Source: Formosa sp. Hel1_33_131 (lineage in GTDB: Bacteria > Bacteroidota > Bacteroidia > Flavobacteriales > Flavobacteriaceae). From it: 32,000 bases of DNA. Shown piece after piece: positions 25,079 to 32,000 of this stretch. The notes under the pieces were generated by a model. The model was not told the DNA's origin and did not search any database. It saw only the letters and a list, made by a program, of their open reading frames with translations. Position 1 is the stretch's first letter. Each line of letters starts with the position of its first letter. A program made the position numbers and the translations under genes. The stretch is from NCBI RefSeq assembly GCF_001735745.1, contig NZ_CP017260.1, positions 2,010,001 through 2,042,000 of the forward strand. The letters run 5' to 3'.

Positions 25079-25321
25079 ATGAGTTCAGAAGAAATTAGAC
25101 TAAATGTTCAAAAAGCTTTAGATGAAATCCGTCCATATCTTGAAAATGATGGCGGTAATATCAATCTCATTGCCATCGAAAATGATGAAGTGGTCAAAGT
25201 GCAGTTAGTCGGTGCTTGTTCTTCTTGCAGTGTCAATCAAATGACCCTCAAGTCTGGCGTTGAAATGACCATAAAAAAATATGCACCACAAATTCAGTCG
25301 GTCATAAATATTGAAGATTAA
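25079..25321 (+). CDS. NifU C-terminal domain (Nfu-type) protein
   Basis: 80 aa with the motif GACSSCSVNQMTLK (CxxC). It starts 5 nt after the Mrp gene. Confidence 0.9.
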   Translation: MSSEEIRLNVQKALDEIRPYLENDGGNINLIAIENDEVVKVQLVGACSSCSVNQMTLKSGVEMTIKKYAPQIQSVINIED

Positions 25322-25324
25322 AAA

Positions 25325-26380
25325 ATGATTGAAACGGATATTTTAATTATAGGTGCAGGGCCTACAGGGTTGTTTACAGTGTTTGAAGCAGGACTTCTAA
25401 AAATGAAGTGTCATTTAATTGATGCCTTGCCACAAGCTGGCGGACAGTGTTCTGAAATTTATCCCAAAAAACCGATATACGACATTCCAGCATATCCCGA
25501 AATTTTGGCGGGCGATCTCACCGATAAATTATTGGAGCAATGCAAACAATTTGAGCCCGGTTTTACGTTGGGCGAACGCGCTGAGACCATCGAAAAGCAA
25601 GCCGATGGTTCCTTTGTTGTCACCACTAACAAAGGAACGCAACACAAGGCGCCCGTAGTAGCGATTGCAGGGGGGCTTGGTAGTTTTGAACCCCGCAAAC
25701 CAAAGCTTGAAAACATAGAGTTTTACGAAGATAAAGGCGTCGCTTATATGATCAAAGACCCTGAAGTCTATCGAAATAAAAAAGTAGTCATTTCGGGTGG
25801 GGGTGACTCTGCTTTGGATTGGAGTATTTTTTTAAGTGAGGTTGCAAGTGAAGTCACTTTAATTCACCGACGGAATGAATTCCGAGGGGCTTTAGATTCA
25901 GTTGATAAAGTTCAAGAATTAAAAAATTCAGCTAAGATCAATATGATTACGCCTGCGGAAGTGACTGCTTTATATGGAGACACCCAGCTGGAAGCAATCG
26001 AAGTAACCAAGTCTGGAGAAGCGCCTATCCGAATAGAAACGGATAGCTTTATCCCCTTATTTGGACTGTCTCCAAAATTGGGACCTATTGGCGATTGGGG
26101 TTTAGAAATTGAAAAAAATGCAATCAAGGTGAATAATGCCCTTGATTATCAAACAAATATACCGGGTGTTTTTGCTATAGGAGATGTCAATACCTACCCC
26201 GGAAAACTAAAACTTATCCTCTGTGGTTTCCACGAGGCCACCCTCATGTGTCAGGCAGCTTATCAGATTATAAACCCTGGGAAGCGCTATGTTTTAAAAT
26301 ACACCACTGTAAGTGGAATTGATGGTTTTGATGGGACTCGTAAAGAAGCCCCAAAAGCCGTTGTAAAATCAATAAATTAA
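25325..26380 (+). CDS. Ferredoxin--NADP(+) reductase, thioredoxin-reductase-like type
   Basis: 351 aa with an FAD motif IIGAGPTGL and an NADPH motif SGGGDSALD. It has no redox-active CxxC as found in TrxR. It starts 3 nt after the nifU-like gene. Confidence 0.88.
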   Translation: MIETDILIIGAGPTGLFTVFEAGLLKMKCHLIDALPQAGGQCSEIYPKKPIYDIPAYPEILAGDLTDKLLEQCKQFEPGFTLGERAETIEKQADGSFVVTTNKGTQHKAPVVAIAGGLGSFEPRKPKLENIEFYEDKGVAYMIKDPEVYRNKKVVISGGGDSALDWSIFLSEVASEVTLIHRRNEFRGALDSVDKVQELKNSAKINMITPAEVTALYGDTQLEAIEVTKSGEAPIRIETDSFIPLFGLSPKLGPIGDWGLEIEKNAIKVNNALDYQTNIPGVFAIGDVNTYPGKLKLILCGFHEATLMCQAAYQIINPGKRYVLKYTTVSGIDGFDGTRKEAPKAVVKSIN

Positions 26381-26712
26381 TGGATCAAGATGTACAAATA
26401 AAAATCACAGATCGTGATGGACAATTACATGAAATCGCCGCCCCAGTTGATATGGCTTTAAACTTGATGGAAGTGGTTCGGTTGTATGAATTAGCGCCTG
26501 AAGGCACTATCGGAATTTGTGGAGGGATGGCGATGTGCGCCTCTTGCCAATGCTATGTTTTAACGGAGCATTCCCTTCGTGAAATGCAAGATGAAGAAGA
26601 AGCCATGCTAAGTGAAGCTTTTAATGTTAAACCGAACAGCCGTTTGGGATGCCAGATTCAAATCACCCCAGAAATGGAAGGTCTTGAAATTGAGTTAGCT
26701 CCCGAAGATTAA
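26380..26712 (+). CDS. 2Fe-2S ferredoxin (adrenodoxin/putidaredoxin type)
   Basis: 110 aa with the ligand pattern C-x5-C-x2-C (CGGMAMCASC) plus a distal Cys (LGCQI). The start overlaps the reductase stop by 1 nt (TAATG). Confidence 0.9.
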   Translation: MDQDVQIKITDRDGQLHEIAAPVDMALNLMEVVRLYELAPEGTIGICGGMAMCASCQCYVLTEHSLREMQDEEEAMLSEAFNVKPNSRLGCQIQITPEMEGLEIELAPED

Positions 26713-26733
26713 CTCTCGTTTTTCAAACAAAAT

Positions 26734-27468
26734 TTATTCTAAAATATCCAATGCTAAGGGCAAAATCCGCTCTACGAATTTGGTATAAGCAAGTGCTGAG
26801 GGATGTAGGTTATCTGAAGCAACCAGTGCTGGATTGTTCAATCCTTCCTGCGTAATATCAGTGATGTACACGTATTTTAAGTTGTTGTCCGTACAATAGG
26901 TTTGTGCAAATGAGTTGTACAATTCGAGTTGAGTGCTAATGTTTAGGGCGTTGCTGCCTTGACCGAATGGCGTGTATGCATAATCTGGAATCGAGACTAC
27001 TATTAGTTTTGAAGCATCGCCTCCAATGAGTGAAATGGCGGTAGTCACAAGTTCTACAAATTCAGTTTCGTAAAGTTCAAACGGTTTGTTTTGATATTGA
27101 TTATTAACGCCTATCAAAAGCGTGGCCAAATCAAAATCAGTTGGAGGTTCAGCTGTAGAAATGGCGTTTTTCAGGTTGCTGGTAGTCCAACCTGTTTGTG
27201 CTATGATTTCAAGATTAAAAGTATCAAGTACTGTAAAGCGTTCTTGTAAACTGTCTTTTAACTGTGCTGGAAACCGACAGCTTTCACAAACACTTTGCCC
27301 AATGGTATAACTGTCGCCAAGCGCAATGAGTTTGAAGTTTTGGGGATCCGCTGGAGTTTGAATTTCTGGGTCAGAACTCTCAGCAGGGGTGGGGGAGTCC
27401 GTACATGAATTACATCCCAAAAACGCAAGTCCTACTATCAGTGTGAGTACAATTGTTTTTAGACGCAT
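26734..27468 (-). CDS. SGNH/GDSL hydrolase family lipoprotein
   Basis: I moved the start to MRLKTIVLTLIVGLAFLGC (lipobox), which removes the overlap with the upstream gene. Block I is ALGDSYT, block III is GVNN and block V is DNLHP. Confidence 0.8.
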   Translation of the reverse strand: MRLKTIVLTLIVGLAFLGCNSCTDSPTPAESSDPEIQTPADPQNFKLIALGDSYTIGQSVCESCRFPAQLKDSLQERFTVLDTFNLEIIAQTGWTTSNLKNAISTAEPPTDFDLATLLIGVNNQYQNKPFELYETEFVELVTTAISLIGGDASKLIVVSIPDYAYTPFGQGSNALNISTQLELYNSFAQTYCTDNNLKYVYITDITQEGLNNPALVASDNLHPSALAYTKFVERILPLALDILE

Positions 27469-27484
27469 ATTTATAAAAATAAAT

Positions 27485-28663
27485 TTATTTAAAGGCATTC
27501 AAACCTGTGATGTCAAATCCTGTGATTAATAAATGGATATCATGTGTCCCTTCATAAGTGATCACACTTTCTAGGTTCATAGAATGACGCATAATACTGT
27601 ATTCGCCGCTAATGCCCATGCCGCCTAACATTTGTCGGGCTTCGCGTGCAATTTTTATAGCCATGTCCACATTGTTTCGTTTTGCCATTGAGATTTGTGC
27701 GGTCGTTGCACGGTCTTCATTTCTCAATACGCCCAAACGCCATGTTAATAATTGTGCTTTGGTAATTTCGGTAATCATCTCCGAAAGTTTCTTTTGTTGC
27801 AACTGAAATTGACCAATTGGTTTGCCAAATTGAATGCGTTCTTTGCTATATCTTAAAGCGGTATCGTAACAGTCCATTGCGGCACCAATGGCACCCCAAG
27901 CGATTCCGTAACGCGCTGAATCCAAGCAACCGAGTGGTGCGCCGAGTCCAGATTTATTAGGTAATAAGTTTTCTTTTGGAATTTTAACATTATCAAAAAT
28001 AAGCTCGCCTGTTGAGCTTGCACGTAACGACCATTTGTTGTGCGTTTCAGGAGTTGTAAACCCTTCCATATCCCGTTCTACAATCAGTCCGTGAATACGG
28101 CCTTCTTCATTTTTTGCCCAGACAACTGCGACGTTCGCAATTGGAGAGTTTGAAATCCACATCTTCGCACCATTTAAAAGATAATGGTCGCCCATATCTT
28201 TAAAATTAGTGGTCATTCCGCCAGGGTTACTTCCGTGATCGGGTTCCGTCAATCCAAAACAACCAATCCACTCGCCACTTGCAAGTTTTGGCAAATATTT
28301 TTGACGCTGTTCTTCATTTCCATATTTCCAGATAGGATACATGACTAAGGACGATTGCACGGATGCGGTACTTCGTACACCAGAATCACCACGTTCGATT
28401 TCTTGCATGATCAATCCATAAGAAATTTGATCCAAGCCTGCACCACCATATTCTGTGGGGATGTAAGGTCCAAAGGCACCAATTTCTGCTAAACCTCCAA
28501 TAATCTGAGTTGGAAATTCTGCGCGTTGCGCATACTCTTCTATAATAGGAGAGACATCTCTTTTGACCCAGTCACGAGCTGCACTTCTTACGAGTTTGTG
28601 CTCTTCAGATAATAAATCATCTATATTGTAATAGTCAGGTGCTTCAAATAAATCTGCTTTCAT
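27485..28663 (-). CDS. Acyl-CoA dehydrogenase, glutaryl-CoA dehydrogenase-like
   Basis: 392 aa with motifs CFGLTEPDHGSNP and YEGTHDIHLL (catalytic Glu context). The N-terminal DYYNIDDLLSEEH is typical of the GcdH-like clade. Confidence 0.9.
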   Translation of the reverse strand: MKADLFEAPDYYNIDDLLSEEHKLVRSAARDWVKRDVSPIIEEYAQRAEFPTQIIGGLAEIGAFGPYIPTEYGGAGLDQISYGLIMQEIERGDSGVRSTASVQSSLVMYPIWKYGNEEQRQKYLPKLASGEWIGCFGLTEPDHGSNPGGMTTNFKDMGDHYLLNGAKMWISNSPIANVAVVWAKNEEGRIHGLIVERDMEGFTTPETHNKWSLRASSTGELIFDNVKIPKENLLPNKSGLGAPLGCLDSARYGIAWGAIGAAMDCYDTALRYSKERIQFGKPIGQFQLQQKKLSEMITEITKAQLLTWRLGVLRNEDRATTAQISMAKRNNVDMAIKIAREARQMLGGMGISGEYSIMRHSMNLESVITYEGTHDIHLLITGFDITGLNAFK

Positions 28664-28753
28664 CGGTACTTTTTGTTTTTAATTCAATTTTAGATATTCA
28701 AAAATGAGAATTAGATAATATATATACAAAAATACTTATTCCACTTGAAAATT

Positions 28754-29467
28754 CTACAATTTTAAATAAAAATCTTTGGTCAGATTGGTATATTCTTTTG
28801 TGTACTGATGACGGGCGATCTCAATAATGAGTTCCTGTGTTTTGATGGTTTGTTTTTCAAACGTAAAACAAATCAAACTGCGCTTTACAGGGCTTGATTC
28901 TTGTCCTCTGACTTGTAAGATATGAGAGGGGTATAAACCTTCTTTTGCTGCCAACTCAATAAACGAATTTTCTTCACTAAACGGAATCACCAGATTGAAC
29001 TGTCCCGTAGGGGATAGTAATTTAGAAACCGATTTTAGAAGTTCAGTGAAAGGCATGGCATCTTCAAAACGTGCCTTGTTGCGTTCCTCATTTTCTGTTT
29101 TAAAGGTGTCTGTATAGAAAGGTGGGTTTGAAATAATCAAGTCATATTGATCTTCGATTTCTTCTGTAAATTCATCCAGTGATGCATGGTAACAAAACAA
29201 ACGATCGCCCCAATCGGAGGCTTCAAAATTTCCAACACATTGCTCGTAGGCGGCATCGTCAATTTCGATTGCGTCGATAAGTTCGGCTCCGCTTCGTTGT
29301 GCCAGCATCAATGCTAAAACGCCTGTACCAGCACCAATATCTAAGATGGAATTGGGTTGTGAGTCCAAACGTGCCCAAGCACCTAATAAGACGGAATCCG
29401 TCCCAATTTTCATCGCACAGTATTCTTGTGAAACGCTGAACTGTTTGAATCGAAAGGGCTTCGACAT
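28754..29467 (-). CDS. tRNA1(Val) (adenine37-N6)-methyltransferase (YfiC/TrmN6-like)
   Basis: 237 aa. The N-terminus FRFKQFSVSQEYCAMKIGTDSVLLGAW resembles E. coli YfiC. The SAM motif ILDIGAGTG and the N6-adenine motif NPPF are present. The start overlaps the rimM stop by 1 nt. Confidence 0.85.
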   Translation of the reverse strand: MSKPFRFKQFSVSQEYCAMKIGTDSVLLGAWARLDSQPNSILDIGAGTGVLALMLAQRSGAELIDAIEIDDAAYEQCVGNFEASDWGDRLFCYHASLDEFTEEIEDQYDLIISNPPFYTDTFKTENEERNKARFEDAMPFTELLKSVSKLLSPTGQFNLVIPFSEENSFIELAAKEGLYPSHILQVRGQESSPVKRSLICFTFEKQTIKTQELIIEIARHQYTKEYTNLTKDFYLKL

Positions 29468-29994
29468 TATTCTAAGTATAATTCAATCAAACCCGGAGGG
29501 GTGTTGACCGTAATTGTTTTGGCTTCGCGATCTAGGTTTTTAATAAAATCGTCATTCATAGGAATCAAGATTTCAATCCCTTCTCGGTCCACTTCAAACA
29601 AGGCTTGAGAGGTAGAATCATTCACACCTTTGACGGTGCCTACAGGCCCAAAACTCTCATCGTTCAATTGATAGCCAATAATTTCATGAAAATAAAACTT
29701 CGTGCCGTCCAGTTTTGGTAGCAAATCTAAAGGCAAGTAGAGATCGCATTTCATTAAGGCATCTGCGTCGGCTTCGTTAGTAACGTCGTCAAACTTAAGT
29801 CGGAGTAAATCCGATTTATGCAGTTGCGATTTTTCAATAAAAAAAGGAATCAAAGTTCCATTCACTTCGATGAAAATAGCATCTAAGTTTTCGTAAATGT
29901 CGGGTTGATCGGTGTCTAGTTTTGCGAGGAGTTCTCCTTTGAAACTATACTTTTTCACGATTTTCCCTAAATAAAAACAGTCTTCTTTTGTCAT
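29467..29994 (-). CDS. rimM: Ribosome maturation factor RimM
   Basis: 175 aa with the typical N-terminus (FYLGKIVKKYSFKGEL) and a C-terminal PRC-barrel pattern. It lies downstream of rpsP. Confidence 0.92.
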   Translation of the reverse strand: MTKEDCFYLGKIVKKYSFKGELLAKLDTDQPDIYENLDAIFIEVNGTLIPFFIEKSQLHKSDLLRLKFDDVTNEADADALMKCDLYLPLDLLPKLDGTKFYFHEIIGYQLNDESFGPVGTVKGVNDSTSQALFEVDREGIEILIPMNDDFIKNLDREAKTITVNTPPGLIELYLE

Positions 29995-30010
29995 GATTTA
30001 ATGCATAAAA

Positions 30011-30037
30011 AAAACCTGACAAAAATTGCCAGGTTTT
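30011..30037 (-). terminator. Intrinsic terminator or attenuator between rpsP and rimM
   Basis: The minus-strand RNA reads CCUGGCA-AUUUU-UGUCAGG, a 7-bp stem with one G.U pair. A run of eight U follows. Confidence 0.6.
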
Positions 30038-30062
30038 AAAGGTATAAAAAAATTTTATTTTT

Positions 30063-30683
30063 TTATTTTTCTTCAGTAGCTGGTGCTTCTGGAGTCGCTT
30101 CTTCAGTTGCAGGAGCCACTTCAACAGCTGGAGCTTCTTCAGCAGCAGCCTCAACAGCTGGAGCTTCCTCGGCAACAACTTCAGGTGCAGCTTCTTCAAC
30201 AATAGGAGCCGCTTCTTCAATTACTTCTTCTACAACAGGTGCAGCAGCAGCAATACGTGCTTCATTGGTTGCTTTTTCAGCTTCAAATATTCTAGTAACT
30301 TCAGCGTCTTTAGCTTTTTCTAAATCACTTTTCTTAGCATCTACTTTAGATGTTTTATCATCTACCCAAGCTTGAAACTTAGCTTCTGCTTGCTCTTCAG
30401 TTAAAGCGCCTTTACGAACACCACCAACAAGGTGATTTTTCAACATTGCACCTCTGTAAGATAAAATTGACTTTGCAGTATCTGTAGGTTGTGCTCCATT
30501 TTGAAGCCATTTTACAGTCCCGTCAATATCAAGTTCAATTTGTGCAGGGTTGAAGTTTGGATTGTAAGTTCCTAATTTCTCAAGGTATTTACCATCTCTT
30601 TTTGAACGAGCATCGGCTGCTACGATCCAGTAAAAAGGTTTTCCTTTTTTACCGTGTCTTTGTAATCTAATTTTTACTGGCAT
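30063..30683 (-). CDS. rpsP: 30S ribosomal protein S16 with a long acidic Ala/Glu/Pro/Val-rich C-terminal extension
   Basis: The N-terminus MPVKIRLQRHGKKGKPFYWIVAADARSKRDGKYLEKLGTYNP is canonical S16. The total length is 206 aa because of the repetitive tail. Confidence 0.95.
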   Translation of the reverse strand: MPVKIRLQRHGKKGKPFYWIVAADARSKRDGKYLEKLGTYNPNFNPAQIELDIDGTVKWLQNGAQPTDTAKSILSYRGAMLKNHLVGGVRKGALTEEQAEAKFQAWVDDKTSKVDAKKSDLEKAKDAEVTRIFEAEKATNEARIAAAAPVVEEVIEEAAPIVEEAAPEVVAEEAPAVEAAAEEAPAVEVAPATEEATPEAPATEEK

Positions 30684-30729
30684 AATAATTAATTTGTGAG
30701 GTTCTCGACCTCGGTTATTAATGAGAGCG

Positions 30730-30737
30730 CAAATATA
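30730..30737 (-). promoter_or_regulatory. -7 promoter box candidate (TATATTTG) for rpsP
   Basis: An exact TAnnTTTG match on the minus strand, 46 nt upstream of the rpsP ATG. A small hairpin (GAGGT-N5-ACCTC, 30698..30712) lies in the predicted leader. Confidence 0.35.
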
Positions 30738-30851
30738 CTATATTTTTACTTTCTACAATCTTTTGTTTATTTTTTTTATACTTTTGAATCCAGATATCAA
30801 AGTGACCGATTATTGATGAATTCTGTCCCTTTTTAAAAAAGAACTTTAGTT

Positions 30852-31331
30852 ATGAAAAAACTCCTCATGTCCCTACTTATAGTATTGACCCTTTTTGGGT
30901 GTCAAGATAATATCCAATCGAGTTTACCTGCTTTGCAAGGTTTAAAAAACGGTGATTTCACATGGCGGTCTTCCGCATCTACAGTGGTGGTAGCTGCCGA
31001 TGGTACACTTACATTCACGGGATCGGATGGGTATGGAACCATGACGCTTCAAATCCCTACTGTGGCTTTAGGAACGTTTCCTTTAGGGGAAAATACCACG
31101 GCTTTAGTGACGTATTCTGAAGATGAATTTTCATATTCCACCAACAATAACGGCAATGCAAGCATTGTGTATGTGAGTGATGGTGCGATCATTATTGACG
31201 AACTAAATACAGTCACAGGAACCGTTACAGGTACTTTTTATTTTAATGCTTACACTGCCGACGGCGAACGCGTTATGAATTTTTCAGAAGGGGTGATTTA
31301 TAAATTGCCTGTTACGGAAGGAACGTTGTAG
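30852..31331 (+). CDS. Hypothetical lipoprotein (possibly DUF6252-like)
   Basis: 159 aa with a signal peptide and lipobox (LTLFGC) and a beta-rich body containing GTVTGTFYF. The family assignment is from memory only. Confidence 0.65.
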   Translation: MKKLLMSLLIVLTLFGCQDNIQSSLPALQGLKNGDFTWRSSASTVVVAADGTLTFTGSDGYGTMTLQIPTVALGTFPLGENTTALVTYSEDEFSYSTNNNGNASIVYVSDGAIIIDELNTVTGTVTGTFYFNAYTADGERVMNFSEGVIYKLPVTEGTL

Positions 31332-31351
31332 GGGGTATTTCGCTAAGTCGG

Positions 31352-31433
31352 GAAATCGAAGATTCGACGCAGTCAAACTTTGCAAGAAATTGGTGTCACA
31401 CGAAGGGATAGACTTCGTCGAATCTTCGATTTC
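31352..31433. repeat. Long inverted repeat (18-bp perfect arms, extendable to 23 bp) with a 36-nt loop
   Basis: GAAATCGAAGATTCGACG (31352..31369) is the exact reverse complement of 31416..31433. Four further bases pair beyond a single mismatch (AGTC/GACT). It lies in the convergent spacer between 31331 and 31449. Confidence 0.8.
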
Positions 31434-31448
31434 GTGCATGAACGGGCG

Positions 31449-31895
31449 TTAACTGGTTTGTTTTATTCTGCAAGAACATTCGTGATGCTCGTTAATGTAT
31501 TTAATTGATTCTATGCAGAGTTCTTTTAAAACCGAAATATTGATGTCAGAAAGTCTTTTCACATAAACACAAGCCTTTCCCATTTTGAATTTACCGAGTT
31601 CAGCTAATAATAATTCACTTTTTTTTGTATCAGAATAAACGTAGAGCGAGAACGCTACTTTTCTCGGTGAAAATCCAAGAACTGGCGCATCGCCTTCGTG
31701 TCCGCTTGCATATTTGTAATGGTAGTTGTCGAATCCGATAATTGTCGGCCCCCACATTTTGGGTTCAGCATTAGACCATTCCTGCATCAATTCGATCAAA
31801 CGAAAACTATCCACTTTTTTCTGTTCGTTATCAACGTATGAGTTTATGAAATCAGTGACGTTTTCTCCTGTGTAAGTTGTCTTTGTTTTGGCCAT
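31449..31895 (-). CDS. DUF1801 (YdhG-like) domain protein
   Basis: 148 aa. The pattern ...FINSY...KMWGPTIIGFDNYHYKYASGHEGDAPVLGFSPRK... is typical of DUF1801 family proteins. Confidence 0.75.
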   Translation of the reverse strand: MAKTKTTYTGENVTDFINSYVDNEQKKVDSFRLIELMQEWSNAEPKMWGPTIIGFDNYHYKYASGHEGDAPVLGFSPRKVAFSLYVYSDTKKSELLLAELGKFKMGKACVYVKRLSDINISVLKELCIESIKYINEHHECSCRIKQTS

Positions 31896-31909
31896 AATTC
31901 CGATTTTGA

Positions 31910-32000
31910 TTATTGCCTTAAAATTTTTTCCATCTTTCTACCTTTTGCCAATTCATCAATTAGCTTTTCCATACGTCTGCATTGTTTATACAATTCAAAT
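31910..32000 (-). CDS. C-terminal fragment of an unidentified protein running off the window
   Basis: An open minus-strand frame reads ...FELYKQCRRMEKLIDELAKGRKMEKILRQ*, with TAA at 31912..31910. The stop lies 14 nt upstream of the DUF1801 start. It is too short to identify. Confidence 0.3.
   Translation of the reverse strand, partial: FELYKQCRRMEKLIDELAKGRKMEKILRQ

Noticed and set aside
238-27806. Numerous 60-100-aa ORFs antisense to or out of frame with larger genes (for example 238..432, 1219..1464, 3248..3529, 5836..6102, 6835..7107, 11876..12097, 12179..12430, 16701..17012, 20909..21103, 22360..22617, 25459..25716 and 27612..27806)
   Set aside because: All are nested within confidently identified genes. 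They have odd composition, lack start contexts or promoters, and are expected shadow ORFs.
29945-30220. 91-aa Lys/Leu-rich ORF (MKKRLLLLKKLHLKLL...) on the minus strand
   Set aside because: It is an out-of-frame shadow of the repetitive GCT/GAA-rich rpsP tail. It runs across the rpsP-rimM terminator into rimM, and its low-complexity composition follows from the repeat.
30721-30819. 32-codon hydrophobic ORF (MRAQIYYIFTFYNLLFIFFILLNPDIKVTDY) in the rpsP/lipoprotein divergent spacer
   Set aside because: The Phe/Ile/Leu richness simply reflects T-rich promoter DNA. It overlaps the predicted rpsP promoter on the other strand, and nothing supports it.
1-32000. Search for CRISPR arrays, transposases or integrases, phage genes, toxin-antitoxin pairs, restriction-modification or other defence modules, and rRNA or tRNA genes
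   Set aside because: I found no repeat-spacer periodicity, no recognisable mobile-element or defence protein signatures, and no spacer long or structured enough for tRNA or rRNA. Gene content is housekeeping with short spacers, so the window is best read as core chromosome.

Overview
The window looks like ordinary core chromosome from a low-GC member of the Bacteroidota, most likely class Flavobacteriia. Supporting signs are a fused ccoNO gene, two proteins with T9SS C-terminal sorting domains, DUF4271/DUF4296-type genes, TAnnTTTG-type -7 promoter boxes and a long-tailed ribosomal protein S16. About 37 protein-coding genes are densely packed.

Gene content, in order:
- cbb3 oxidase cluster (ccoP', ccoQ, ccoNO, ccoS, ccoI) with a divergent Crp/Fnr regulator
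- apt, a CaCA antiporter, a 63-aa Cys-rich protein and a lipoprotein
- a HemD-like/DUF4271 pair
- a translationally coupled GT2, dihydroorotase and DUF4296 trio
- an NAD-dependent epimerase, tyrS and a LuxE-like acyltransferase
- two paralogous T9SS cargo genes
- an OmpR-type two-component system, trmB, a LysE-type membrane protein and an alkyltransferase-like (ATL) protein
- an Mrp, NifU, ferredoxin-NADP reductase and 2Fe-2S ferredoxin operon
- an SGNH hydrolase and a glutaryl-CoA-dehydrogenase-like enzyme
- rpsP, rimM and a tRNA m6A37 methyltransferase
- two small accessory genes

I found no rRNA, tRNA, CRISPR array, transposase, integrase, phage gene or recognisable defence system. I do not see a clear-cut novel system and do not want to overstate one. 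The four observations most worth follow-up are:
1. An Mrp/NBP35 ATPase with no CxxC cluster-binding motif, in a tight operon with a CxxC-bearing Nfu protein, a TrxR-like FNR and a ferredoxin.
2. Two mosaic T9SS cargo paralogs. They share a signal peptide, a C-terminal module, the sorting domain, the terminator and a 17-bp upstream element set exactly 38 nt from a -7-like box. They sit beside an intramembrane-type two-component system.
3. Paired FNR/FixK-like palindromes with identical spacing in front of the cco transcription units, next to an FNR homolog lacking one of the four canonical cluster cysteines.
4. A comparatively G+C-rich long inverted repeat in a convergent spacer.

All product calls come from motif and family recognition by eye. 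No database search was run.
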